64,000 bases of DNA from Octopus vulgaris (Eukaryota): contig OX597820.1 of assembly GCA_951406725.2 (NCBI GenBank), forward strand, positions 70,246,001 through 70,310,000, written 5' to 3'. A program made the position numbers and the translations under genes. Positions 28,176 to 40,752 of this stretch are shown here, piece by piece (the stretch's first letter is position 1; the number at the start of each line of letters is the position of its first letter). The notes beneath the pieces were generated by a model. It had not been told where the DNA came from. It saw only the letters and a program-made list of their open reading frames with translations, and made no database searches.

Positions 28176-28614
28176 CAGGGTTATTCAAAAAGAATGAACC
28201 GATTTCATTACGCAATGTTCTAATAAGGAAAAGCAATAGAAAACTCCAGCTGAGTCACAATCAACTTTTATTCCCTGTCTTACAAGTGTTCAATGTGGCC
28301 ACCACTTGCTGCACGGGCAACATCAATGCGATAAGAGAATTCCTCTTAGACGCGCATCAGCATATCACGATCCACTGAGTTGAGCGCTGTTGTTATTCGA
28401 ATCTCTTAGTGGATCACGTTTATGTTCCACCGCTACCCACTGACTTCGACGACTTTAAACTTCGAATAACAACAGCGATCAGCTCAGTGGATTGTGATAT
28501 GCCGATAAAAGTTGATTGTGAGTAAATACTTGTGACTTAGCTGGAGTTTTCTATAGCTTTTCCTTATTAAAATATTGCGTAATGAAATCAGTTCACTCTT
28601 TTTAAATAACACTG
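28176..28614. mobile_element. Palindromic Tc1/mariner-derived non-autonomous element
   Basis: CAGGGTTATTCAAAAAGA... and ...TCTTTTTAAATAACACTG|TA, about 85-bp inverted ends; interior VYVPPLPTD..D.KLRITTA.SSV. Confidence 0.8.
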
Positions 28615-28783
28615 TACATATATATAGGACGGGCTTCTTCAGTTTCTGTCGACCAAATCCACTCACAAGGCTTTGATCTGCTCGAGGCTATTGTTGAAGA
28701 TACTTGCTCAAGGTGCCACGCAAGTGGCAACCCAGAACCATATGGTTGGGAAACAAGCTACTTATCACGCCTATAGATCGATC

Positions 28784-28860
<77 letters not shown>

Positions 28861-29035
28861 ACAAAGGGAGAGGGAGACAGATAGATAGGGAGAAAGAGTG
28901 AGAGGAGGAAGGTGGGAGGAAAGGAAACATTACAGTTTATTACTAGATCACAAATGGCATAAACACCTTTTCCTCATACTCATAGAGAGAAATATGCGCG
29001 CACTCATAACCACAAAGATGGAAAGTGAGAGAGCG

Positions 29036-29083
<48 letters not shown>

Positions 29084-29449
29084 ATATATAGAGATGTTAC
29101 GAAAATAGGGAGAGAGAAAGGAATAAAGAGAGATAAAGAGAGATAGAGATAAAAAGAGAGCGGGTAGGAAGATAGGGAGATAAGGAGAGAGAGATAAAGA
29201 GAGGGAGAGAGGTTAAGGTGATAGAGAGAGAGAAAGAGGGTAGGGAGATAAGGAGAGAGATGAAGAGAGAGAAAGGGAGGGAGAGAGGGGATGGAGATTG
29301 GGAGAGAACATCAAAACGTGAGAAACATTAAACGTTTGATGTCAAATAATTCGTCATTGAATCAGCGACGCCAAATACGTGGCACCAGAACGGTTTTGCC
29401 GAAACCTTTCATACCCTGACAAAAGGTAGCTAAATTAGATAATACTCAC

Positions 29450-29635
29450 CTCTGCTAATTGATATCCTTCCATAATTATGTTGGCGTTGTAGTTCTGGCA
29501 CGCTTTGATCTTCATGGTTGGTGTAATGAGAGGCATGATAAGTGTTACTGGGATTCCGAGTTCATATCCGTGGTAAGCCAAAGCTATTGCGTGATTACCA
29601 AGACTTGCAGCAACAACTCCATTTTTCCGTTCTTC
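29450..29635 (-). CDS. Threonine dehydratase coding exon 4
   Basis: gacag|EERKNGVVAASLGNHAIALAYHGYELGIPVTLIMPLITPTMKIKACQNYNANIIMEGYQLAE|GTGAGT; 186 nt, phase 0 to 0. Confidence 0.95.
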
Positions 29636-29726
29636 CTGTCGTGAAAGATAGAAAGCCAGAAGAATTGCTGTTGGTTTAAGTGATTCTTCCTAATTTCGCT
29701 TTTCGTTGACAACATTTAGGGCACAA

Positions 29727-29799
<73 letters not shown>

Positions 29800-29847
29800 T
29801 ACATACATTCATGCATACATACACACATTCATATATACATACATACA

Positions 29848-30237
29848 TGGAATGGAAGCACTCCGTCGGTTACGACGACGAGGGTTCCGGTTGATCCGAA
29901 TCAGCGGAACAGCCTGCTCGTGATATTAACGTGTAAGTGGCTGAGCACTCCACAGACACGGGTACCCTTAACGTAGTTCTCGGGGATATTCAGCGTGACA
30001 CAGAGAGTGACAAGGCCGGCCCTTTGAAATACAGGTACAACAGAAACAGGAAGTAAGAGTGAGAGAAAGTTGTGATGAAAGAGTACAGCAGGGATCACCA
30101 CCATCCCCTGCCGGAGCCTCGTGGAGCTTTAGGTGTTTTCGCTCAATAAACACTCACAACGCCCGGTCTGGGAATCGAAACCGCGATCCTATGACCGCGA
30201 GTCCGCTGCCCTAACCACTGGGCCATTGCGCCTCCAC
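29848..30237 (-). mobile_element. tRNA-derived SINE type B, full length
   Basis: GTGGAGGCGCAATGGCCCAGTGGTTAGG...GGTTTCGATTCCC head; nearly identical to 59293-59678; sits in a (CATA)n tract. Confidence 0.9.
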
Positions 30238-30688
30238 ATACATACATACATACATACATACATACATACATACATACATACATACATTCATAAATGCATG
30301 CATATCCATGTATATATGAGTGTATGTGCTTCTGTGTAGAAATGTACATGTGTATGTATGTGAGTCTGCGGACGAAGGATTACGTAAGTAAATTATTCGG
30401 TAACAGACAAAACCGGTATAAGATTAATTCTTGATTTTTATATAATTTTCATCTGTCTTGCCTGCCTGTGTTCTGGTGTTCGCTGAATTTTCTCTGGAGA
30501 ACATTCTTTCTTTGTAGTTAGATCACATGTGATCTTCTTCTAGCGTATGGTTATCCACCTAATGGTTTAGCACTAAATATACGCATGTATTGCATTTTTT
30601 TCTGATTCTTCAGATTTTTTATATACTAGGTTACTGGCTTTAAATTGATATTAATTAAATTAATATTCAATTTATCTCCCTCATTATT

Positions 30689-30754
<66 letters not shown>

Positions 30755-30757
<3 letters not shown>

Positions 30758-31900
30758 CTGTTGGACCCGGCGTTGGTCGTGTTTTCCGTGTTCAAATTAA
30801 GCCCACCTCTTACCTTGTATTGAAATATTCTATGTTCTCCGTGCCAACTATTACCCATTAAGATGTTATATCTGGTTCGGCAGGGATTTTACCCGGTTAA
30901 CACTTTCGACATATTCCTACATACTGGACCGTCTGAAATTACAGTCAAACTTTTGGGTATACCTCGACCCGTTGAGAGTGATGTTTGTTTATTTCTCTCC
31001 CCTTACTGCCACTCTCTGTACAAAATTGATCAGCGTGTCCAATCTCAGAAAAATCCGAAGTGTCATAAAATAGAATCCATGTGACCATTTACATGAAAAT
31101 ATCCCATTGACTTTTAAATCCCAATACATTATATGAATAATCGATGTTTCATATGTGGAAGTGTTTAATTTTACTCATGGGTCAATTTTCTTCAAAATCA
31201 GTTCATTATTTTATTGTGAGTGAATTTTAACGATTTCTGCCTTTCGCCAGTTTAATTTTAATTCTACTACATGACTCCGACCATAATCTTTACCTAAATG
31301 TCAAATTTCATAAAAATCGGATGAATTCTGTAAAAGTTGCAGCACAAAATATTAATCCTATGGGTAATTGCATACAAAAAGCCTATTGATTTCTTAAAAT
31401 TCCCCCGCTCACGCGCAATTATCGATTTTTTTGTCAACTCTTCATGCTGCCATCAAAGAGAAAGAGGGGAAACTAAGAACAGCTTCTTCGAAACCTTCAG
31501 CATCTATCCTCAGATTAATTAATGCCTAATGAATAATCTGAGTGTTTTCAGAGAAAGAAACCAGTGAGCTAACACACACATTCCAAATATGATGTGTAAG
31601 TGAACAATAAAAATAAGCAAGACTTAAGTGCAAAATGTGACATTGTTTTTGTAATAGACATTCCAAGGATGGAGCCTTGTATCATTGTTAGAATCCAGCT
31701 CCTTCCTCGCAGGATCACTGGAGCTGTAAAAATCTGTGGAAACTTTCCAGATGTTTGTCATTTAAATATATATGAGCATGTCTCGATATGCAACTGTATG
31801 CATGAGAATACATACATAAAACATACAAATCTGCAGATACATACATACATACATACATACAGGCAGGCAGACAGGCAGACAGACAGAAACACAAAAATAC
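30755..31900 (-). mobile_element. Older Helitron-like non-autonomous element
   Basis: TAGCTGTTGGACCCGGCGTTG terminus resembling the 9081 and 13306 copies, AAATTTCAT...AATCGG motif, (CAGA)n near the other end; right boundary uncertain. Confidence 0.45.
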
Positions 31901-32619
31901 CCTGTGTCGATGTTGAAGGAAGCTGGATTTAGGTTAGAAACCGATTCTTTCTCTGTTGGCAAGAAATCTTGAAATAAAACTGAATAATAACATACATACA
32001 TTCATACACATACACACATACCCATCTACCTACATACATACATACAGACCTACCTACCTACATACATACATACATATACATACCTACATACATATGTACG
32101 TGTCTACCTTCCTACCTACCTACCTACCTGCCTTGCCTGTCTTCCCACCTACCTACCTACCTACCTACCTACCTACCTACCTACCTACCTACCTACCCAA
32201 CAACCTAGCTATCTACCTACCTACATACATACATATATACATACAAACCTACATACATATATAAAGCCTAGATTCTCGCTTTCTCTTTGTCCTCCCCATT
32301 TCTACACTAATATACAAAATACAAACATATATGTCTATATCTGTAGGAATAAATGTCAACATGTTTGTCCTTTGATAAACGCAATACTGCAATGGAAACG
32401 GAAGCCAGAAAAAGAATTCATAATGTGTGCGTGTGTGCGCGCGCGCGTCTGTGTGCGCGCGCGCGTCTGTGTGCGCGCGCGCGTCTGTGTGCGCCCGCGC
32501 TTGTCTGCGTGCATATGTTATATGCATTTTTGTAAGTGCGCGTGTGTATAAGTACGTTAATCATTCCTCCATACAAAAGTGTCTGAAACATTCGTACAAT
32601 CGCAGGACAGAAATCTCAC

Positions 32620-32665
32620 CTTAGTTAATTTCAGTAACGTATATCTAGCACCACGGTCTTTGAAG
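32620..32665 (-). CDS. Threonine dehydratase coding exon 3, carries the PLP-binding lysine
   Basis: ttccag|C-FKDRGARYTLLKLTK|GTGAGA; 46 nt, phase 2 to 0; completes GSFKDRG. Confidence 0.93.
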
Positions 32666-33401
32666 CTGGAATTAAAAACAACAATAGCAAATAGAAATTA
32701 CGGTGATTTATCACATGATATACATACACATACAAATATATCTATACGTACTTGTGTATATGGATGTATGTGTGTGTATATATGCGTGTACATGTTTGAT
32801 CGTAGCTACATAAATTAAGTCCATATCTTTCGACGGTTGTAGGTTCCAATGTCGCTTTGGTGTAGTTATATAACAAATGTTACAGCTTTTCTTTCCATTG
32901 TTTGCGCGCGTGTGCGTGTGTGTCCGCACACAAATGTACGTAGGTGTACGTGCAGGTGTGTGCATGTTTTGATATTGTTTTCTTTGTGCCAGGTTAGGCT
33001 TCATTGTGATAGCATATAATCAAAGTGCCCAACACCTGATTATCCTATTCCATTCTAAGGCAACATATCCTCTTCTAATTCGATGCTGAGGTCTCCAAGA
33101 CAAGGTGGCGATAGAACCCACAGCCATCACCACGACCACCACAACGGATTGTGGTTGTTTTTGTTGATTTTTATTGCTTAACCCAAATCAGTTCCGATTA
33201 TACTTTTTTACTCGTTTCACACCATTTGACTGCGGCCATACTGGAGCCCTGCCTTTAGTCGAGCAAATTGAACCCAGGACTTTTTCTTTGTAATTCTAGT
33301 ACTTATTCTATCGTTCTCTTTTGCCGAACCGCTAATTTACGGGGACGTAAACACACCAACACCGGTTGTCAAGCGATGTTGGGAGACAAACACAGACACA
33401 A

Positions 33402-33473
<72 letters not shown>

Positions 33474-33742
33474 GACGGGCTTCTTTCAGTTTCTGTCTAC
33501 CAAATCCACTCACTTGCCCAAGGTGCCACGCAGTGGGACTGAACCCAGAACCTGATTTATCATCAAATGCATTCCATCCTTAAACATCCCGTCTTTTTAT
33601 CCCATACGACTTATCTATACGACTGAATTTTCAAGTGTCTTTTCCTGAAGATGGTAGCTCATAATCTAAGAGTTTTAATTGTTATTGTTTCTAGCGCATC
33701 GAGCAACAGTGTTGAAGCCTCCTCGTTGTTCGTCATAGGACT

Positions 33743-33774
<32 letters not shown>

Positions 33775-33912
33775 TTTTCGTGGTAGTTACTTTTTTTCAA
33801 TATTGGAACTATGGGTGTTAATGTTGGACTTCAATGTTATCAGCATCGCCGTTGTCATTGCTGTTAACATCAATATGATTGACATCATCATCGTCCTCAT
33901 CATATTCATCAT

Positions 33913-34334
33913 TAGCACTGGATTAACCATTAAGCAAAATAAGCACGTGCTTAGGACATCAAAAGAAGAAAGGGATCACAGAAATGGTAAATGGCTTCCA
34001 ACATAAAAGAAATCACTTTAAACCTTCTAAGATATATTCGAGATGCCTTATTTCGTCTAAGTATGGAAGCAGATGTGTTACGTAAGATTAATTTTGAAGA
34101 TTTGAATAAAGACTTTGCAATTAAGAAAAGCAGAAGAAAACTTTTAAACATAAGTAAATTGGAAGTATACAAACATAAACATTATTTTCCTTCTTACGAT
34201 TAGATTTGTTTCACTTTGACAATTAAAAGAATTATTTTAAGATGTATTTTTGTTTAAATTTTGAATTACACGTATATGGGTGTACTAAAATCTCTTAAGT
34301 GCTTCGGGTCTCTGTGGGTCTTAATCCGGCGCTG
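33913..34334 (+). mobile_element. hAT non-autonomous deletion derivative
   Basis: TIRs TAGCACTGGATTAA / TTAATCCGGCGCTG; 8-bp TSD TTCATCAT/CTCATCAT; retains LSMEADVLRKINFEDLNKDFAIKKSRRK (hAT C-terminus). Confidence 0.8.
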
Positions 34335-34880
34335 CTCATCATTACAATACTGCAGGAGCATACGTTTACAATCTTCCCCCATTTATGGCAGCTTTCATAA
34401 TCAGTTGTTAAAATATAAGCAAAAATAAACCAGGAAAAAAATGCTTAGAGGTATACCGTCTGTGTTTAGTTTCTGAGTCGAATTCCATCGAGAGCTACTT
34501 CACCTTTTATCCCGTTTAGAGTCGATAAAAAAGTACCAGTTGAACATTGAAGTCGAGGCAATCGACTTCCATCTCCCCTAAAAATTGCTGGCCTTGTATC
34601 AAAATTGGAAATCAATATTAAGGTTTCAACGGACCTATCATTGGGATTCACTACAGATCCAGGAGCAAGAAAGGAGTGCCTTTTCAAATCAGATAGAATG
34701 AATAAACCCCAGGTGATTTTATTCGAATGCCCCAAGTTATCAGTTTTCTCACCGAAGCGTGCACCTATTGCCAAATATAAAATATCTGCAACTTTATTTG
34801 ATAGCTAAAAGCGGCTTTTATGTCATCTTGTCAATATCGCTACTTCATGAGTTAATGATTGAAAAATTTAAGAGAATCAC

Positions 34881-34951
34881 CTTCCTGTTGTTTGCATAGC
34901 TTCGTTTTTCAAGTAAAGTTCCATTCCAAATTGAGAAGACATCTTGGATCG
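34881..34951 (-). CDS. Threonine dehydratase coding exon 2
   Basis: ctctctatag|RSKMSSQFGMELYLKNEAMQTTG-AG|GTGATT; 71 nt, phase 0 to 2; LYLKxExxQxTGS motif. Confidence 0.93.
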
Positions 34952-35520
34952 CTATAGAGAGATTAGAATAGAATGGAATAGAACGTAAAAGAATTGACAA
35001 AACAGAACAGAAAACAAAATAGAACAGAATAAAATAGAAGAGAATCAAACAGAACAGAATAGGATGGAAAGAAAATGAATAGTCTTGTTCCCTTTATTAC
35101 AAGGGAGATAATCACTGCTTTTACATAAAGATAATCATTCCTTCATAATTCAAAGCAGGATTAGGATTTGAAATTAAAGAATAATAAGGGGAAGAAGCAA
35201 AGAATTCACATATTTAAGATGATAATAACATTATTATCATTTATGACGATAATACTATTTTAGGTTAAAATAAAATGTCCGGGAAATTTGGGGTTTGTCT
35301 GCGAGAGCATATATTGTTCCATAAGAATGTTACAGGAGGACTTCGATAAATTTAAATGCAACTAGGGGTAGAGAGCTTAAGGTTTCGAGCGCTGGCTCTT
35401 TGTCTGTGAGTGAGGATTTTACTCAGACCCAAAAAACCCCAGTAAATATTGGTTAATTATTCTTTTATTTGTTTCTGTCATTTTGATTGTATGTATGTAT
35501 GTATGTATGTATGTATGCAT

Positions 35521-35559
<39 letters not shown>

Positions 35560-35835
35560 TGTCTGTCTGTCTGTATGTATGTCTGTCACAGCGCATGTGC
35601 GTGTGTCTTCTTGGTTGTTCCTCCACCACTTGATAACCGATATTGGTTTGCTTACGTGCGGTTGGGTAAAAAAAGGCTCACAGATTAAGTACAGAGCTCT
35701 TTTAAAAAAAGTACTGAGATCAGTTCGTTCGACTAAACCCTTTAGGGCGGAGCCCAGCATGGATACAGCCCAATGACTAATAGAGATAATAAAATATTCA
35801 TTTTTACATAAAATATTATACTGAGTAATACTTAC

Positions 35836-35976
35836 CATACATGGAGTCTTTTTAATGCTGTTTTCAAGAATACTTTTGGCGGCAATAATATCTTCCATAG
35901 TAATCTTTCGAGCAGATTTGCTTCGAAATGTCTCATAAAATTCACTCATGCTCCTTCGGAAGCATTTTGTTGGCAT
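35836..35976 (-). CDS. L-threonine/serine ammonia-lyase (threonine dehydratase family), first coding exon from the first in-frame ATG; exon probably starts at 36087
   Basis: MPTKCFRRSMSEFYETFRSKSARKITMEDIIAAKSILENSIKKTPCM (ITxEDIxxA...I..TP is the family N-terminus); donor GTAAGT 35835-35830, phase 0; acceptor ccacag ending 36088. Start codon uncertain (see findings). Confidence 0.85.
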
Positions 35977-35992
35977 TGGTAGTTCGTGTAAG

Positions 35993-36061
35993 CTAGCACT
36001 TCTTAAAAGTTTTGGATCTGAAGAATCTGTTTTGGTTTCTGAGACCTTGTTTGGATGCCAT
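35993..36061 (-). promoter_or_regulatory. Upstream ORF (22 aa) in the dehydratase leader
   Basis: AAAAATGG context; MASKQGLRNQNRFFRSKTFKKC*; stops 16 nt before the ATG at 35976. Confidence 0.6.
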
Positions 36062-36430
36062 TTTTCGTTATATTGTATCGGTCAGTTCTGTGGATAATAT
36101 ATAAAATATATTTAATTTAGAAGTTTTTAAATGTCCTTTTCATCAAAGATCTATTAATTAAATTAAACGAAACATTACCAATTCAAAATAAATAAGGCAT
36201 TTGAGGCAGCGTGTGAACATTTATGTGGTTGTTCGATCGCTTAAAATAGTCGCCAAAGCTTAAATTACAGCATTCTAATGTTTCAGAAATGGAAAGGAAT
36301 ATTCGATAATGCAATCCAAGATATGCAAGGTAAATTCGGATTGCCCGGAAGTAATCAACGATTACAATAAATAAGACATTAACATGGCATATGATAACAT
36401 TTTTTTAAAAATTTCACTTAAAATTTCACA

Positions 36431-36616
36431 GGCGCAAGAGTGGCTGTGTGGTAAGTAGCTTGCTTACCAACCACATAGTTCCGGGTTCAGTCCCACTGCG
36501 TGGCACCTTGAGCAAGTGTCTTCTACAATAGCCTCGGGCCGACCAAAGTCTTGTTAGTGGATTTGGTAGACGGAAACTGAAAGAAGCCCGTCGTATATAT
36601 GTATATATATATATAC

Positions 36617-36669
<53 letters not shown>

Positions 36670-36888
36670 TGTGGGGGGGGTGTATGTTTGTGTGTCTGTG
36701 TTTGGCTCCCCAACATCGCTTGACAACCGATGTTGGTGTGTTTACGTCCACGTAACTTAGCGGTTCGGCAAAAGAGACCGATAACATAACTACTAGGCTT
36801 ACAAAGAATAAGTCCTGGGGTCGATTTGCTCGACTAAAGGGGGTGCTCCAGCATGGCCGCAGTCAAATGACTGAAACGAGTAAAAGAG
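36431..36888 (+). mobile_element. SINE type A, full length
   Basis: Complete head to tail match. Confidence 0.9.
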
Positions 36889-37806
36889 CAAACCATTTCT
36901 CATTTAAAATAGATGCTAACAATGTTGCTAGTCTGCCATTTCTTGCTGAACAACTTTCACAAATTATTTTGTTTGTTGTGATCAGATGTATATGTTGTAC
37001 ATTATTAGTTCACTCCCTCCATCAAATAGACTTTGCCCGTCAGGTATCGAAAGGAACGCAGAACAACGTGATATAAAGAGTTTCGCTGAAAAACACAACT
37101 CACAACCAGGCGGCCCACAAATTGAAACCGCGAACTCTCACGATCGTGAGTGCAACACCTTAACCACTAAGCTATGCCCTCACAAATATGTATGTATGTT
37201 TTATGCATGGCTGTGTGGTAAGTAGCTTGCTAACCAACCACATGGTTCTGGGTTCAGTCCCACTGCGTGGCATCTTGGGCAAGTGTCTTCTGCTATAGCC
37301 CCGGGCCGACCAATACCTTGTGAGTGGATTTGGTAGACGGAAACTGAAAGAAGCCTGTCGTATATATGTATATATATGTATATATGTGTATGTGTGTGTA
37401 TGTGTTTGTCCCCCTAGCATTGCTTGACAACCGATGCTGGTGTGTTTACGTCCCCGTTACTTAGCGGTTCGGCAAAAGAGCCCGATAGAATAAGTACTGG
37501 GCTTACAAAGAATAAGTCCTGGGGTTGATTTGCTCGACTAAAGGCGGTGCACCAGCATGGCCGCACATCAAATGACTGAAACAAGTAAAAGAGTAAAAGT
37601 ATATATATATATATATATATATATATGTAAATATATATAAATATATGCATATAATTATAATATAAATAATATATATATATAGGCATATATACATACATAT
37701 ATGTACACAATGACATGTATATGTATGTAGGTATATATATATATATATATAATATATATATACATACATATACATGTCATTGTGTACATATATGTATGTA
37801 TATATG

Positions 37807-37841
<35 letters not shown>

Positions 37842-38429
37842 TATATTATAAATATGTATCTTGTATGTATCTTGATTAAGAAGCCTGGTTATTGCTCCTT
37901 TCCTCTCTCTCCAGTCCAAGTTACTGACCAAATACTGGGTCAATGTAATAGATTAATATATTTTACAGATCCAGTGACTAAAACCAGTAAAATAATACCC
38001 ACTACTCTGCAAAACAATTACCAAAAAGTCAAAGGAAAATATAACAATAATTCATGTTAACACTGGTTAGAAATGTGCAAAAATACAATCATTTAATTCA
38101 TCTACGTTGTTTATCGCAACTTATGATTGAATTATACCTAAAATTGTGGTTTCTTACACAAAACATAAGGCCAGAAACCTTTTCTTTGTGTGTGTGTATG
38201 GGGGGTAATAGGGATTAAGTACTCATAAATTTGTGTGTGTGTTTGATATATTCCTAGGTATATGTGGTACACTGTGCATTTGTTCAGGCAATGCTGATTT
38301 GATGGAGGGAGCGAAATAATGTACAGCAGATACATTTGATAACTAGAACGACTAATTCATTGCACTTAAGGTGATAGGAAGAATAACAAGGGTTTGTACA
38401 GGCTGCCTTTGAAAGCCTGTATATCGATA

Positions 38430-38506
38430 GCTCCCATGAGAGTTTCTGGCTCCCGTGACAGTTTCTGGATCCCGTGACAGTTTCTAGCTCTCGTGACAGT
38501 TTCTGA
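38430..38506. repeat. 19-bp tandem repeat, 4 copies (GCTCCCGTGACAGTTTCTG)
   Basis: Directly visible. Confidence 0.85.
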
Positions 38507-38834
38507 AAGATTGTTACAAATTTTGATACTCGAGATGGGCCCCTCTCCAGATTGTAAGTTTGGATGATATCGAGTATTAAGAGGTCATGTCAGACATGAC
38601 ATCACTGGTTCTTCTAAAACGGCATTTTTCGCTAGCTGTGATAGCATTTGACTTGTAGGCCTATTATTGGTACAAACAAGCCAGGTTGATAATGGTCAGA
38701 TTTAAATTAAATTTGTGAAGTCCGTAACCCAATCATATCTGAAAGGATTTTGTCTCCGCTTTAACGTTTCCACCATTCAACCACATTTAATGACCAAATA
38801 GATTAATAAAATAGCATAAGAAAATTATACTTAC

Positions 38835-38880
38835 GGTTTCTGGCTAGACAAATTGAAACTGTTCCCTCTCGTACAACAAA
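38835..38880 (-). other. Candidate non-coding 5' exon of the dehydratase gene
   Basis: Consensus donor CC|GTAAGTAT at 38834-38829 in non-repetitive sequence upstream of the 36088 acceptor; no transcript support; 5' limit unknown. Confidence 0.3.
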
Positions 38881-40189
38881 ATTATAGAAATGATACAGCT
38901 GGTATAAACTTAGAATGATTAAACTAAAATTTTTTTTAATTGTTTCTCTTTGTCGATTATTTCTTTTTGCTGGGGTTTTTTTTTTTTTTTCGTTTTTCTT
39001 CTTCTTCTTCTTCTTTTGACTAGAGAAATTACATCAGCAAGAAATAATAAACACCATGGGAACGTTTATCAGAAAGCCATATGGAGAAGGGAAAATTGCA
39101 AAAAGATATAATTTATAGATATTAGGGAAAATAACAATCGTATTGATATCTTTTTATTTTGGTACAAGGTTAAACAATTTATGAGAATGAATTTAATGTA
39201 GGACATAGGTCCACTGTATTTTATCGATTCTGTAGAGATAAAAACAAAAAGACGTTGAACTCAGAGAAAAGAAACAAGTCATGTGAAGTACTGAACGGGC
39301 GTTTCACTGTTTTTACCATTCCGCTGCCTGATATGAACGCTAATACTGATATCTAGAGCAGTCATGCAGCCTACTGGTTATAGTTTTGGGCTCGCGATCG
39401 TTCAGTCGTGCGTTCGATTTTAAAATCGGGCTACTTGTTGCGTTTTTAAGAAGAACATTTAATTTTACTTTGTTCCAGTACATTTAGCTAAAACTGAGTA
39501 CCAATGACACACGCGGGTTAACCCTGTCACTTGAACTCTAAGCCTCAAGGTCTCACCTTATGAGCCTGTAACCTCAAGACAGAGTTTTATTGATTTCTAG
39601 AATCGATACGAGACCTCGCTTTTTAGAGGAGACGACCTATTCGATGAGATCGATCTCAGAACTTGACTGATACTTTATTTAATAGAATTCCGTTTGTAAC
39701 GAATAAGTTTTATAGTATTCATAACACCACAAGACATGTTTCAACACCACTGTCCCATCGATTTCAAGTTGAGAATAATCAACATACACTAATAAAGTTT
39801 CTTAGGCGGTGAGCTGGTAGAACTATTAACACGTCGGACAAAATGCTTAGCAGCACTTCTTCCGTCTTTACATCCTGAGTTCAAATTCCGCCAAGGTTGA
39901 CTTTACCTTTCATCCTTTAAGGGATCGATAAAATAAGTACCAGTTGAGCACTGGTCGACTTACACCATTCCCCTAAGTTGCTGGCCTTGTGCCAAAATTT
40001 GAAACCATTTTAACTGAGCTGACAGAACCGTCAGCACGCCGGGCAAAATGCTTAGCGGTATCTTGTCCGTCTTTACTTCCTATTTCAAATTCTATCAAGG
40101 TTGACTTTGACTTTCATCCTTTCGGAATCGATAAAATAAGTACCAATCAAATATTGGGGTTCAATACTAATTTTCCTTATATCATTTTG

Positions 40190-40600
40190 TGATGTACCTG
40201 GACACATATTTTCTAAGGTCGTTGAGAGTTTCAAGTCAGTTAACAGACAGACACCTTTACTCAGGCGACCAAGCTAGGGTTGCTCAAACCCCACCTCCTG
40301 TCCAGTTAGTACTACTCCAAGTAATATTACCTCTTCTTGGGGTTCTGATTCAGAACCACCTTGCGGCAACCTCTGCTGTCTAAAACTCGATGTTCTTCAG
40401 CCTACAGGCTCCTGTGATGTCCAGCATGTTTTAAGTTCTGCAAAAGCAGTCGCCTGCAAACACCTCTGCACCCCACCGGAATGAGATCACACATTGCATG
40501 CCACCCATTGTTTCTGTATAACTCCACCAGATGTCTTTCTCTCAGTTGTCTCTTCACCATGGTCCACCAAGAAATTGGGAAGTCCTAACAGACCATAAAC
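40190..40600 (-). mobile_element. R2/NeSL-like RLE retrotransposon 3' remnant
   Basis: LVELYRNNGWHAMCDLIPVGCRG resembles the GW....PVEVGCRGF motif. Confidence 0.55.
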
Positions 40601-40752
40601 CTCGAAGTTCAAAACCCATTAGTGTCCGTGATCGAGACATTGAACTTTCGCTGGTTTAGTACTGACACACGAAATACTTACAGCTCCAACCATAAGGAAA
40701 ATTCTGTAATTTATTTTTTATATAATCAGTAGTCATCGGAAGAGAATTTTTT

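Larger units (their letters stand above)
27810..28772 (-). mobile_element. SINE type A copy interrupted by two nested insertions
   Basis: Consensus resumes after 28074 and again after about 28616. Confidence 0.8.

Noticed and set aside
32427-32500. 18-bp GTGTGCGCGCGCGCGTCT repeats, Z-DNA prone, near exon 3
   Set aside because: Ordinary microsatellite derivative with no evidence of function
36082-36084. In-frame TGA as selenocysteine or readthrough
   Set aside because: No upstream coding exon found, no SECIS can be assessed, and it lies outside the conserved domain; simplest reading is 5' UTR
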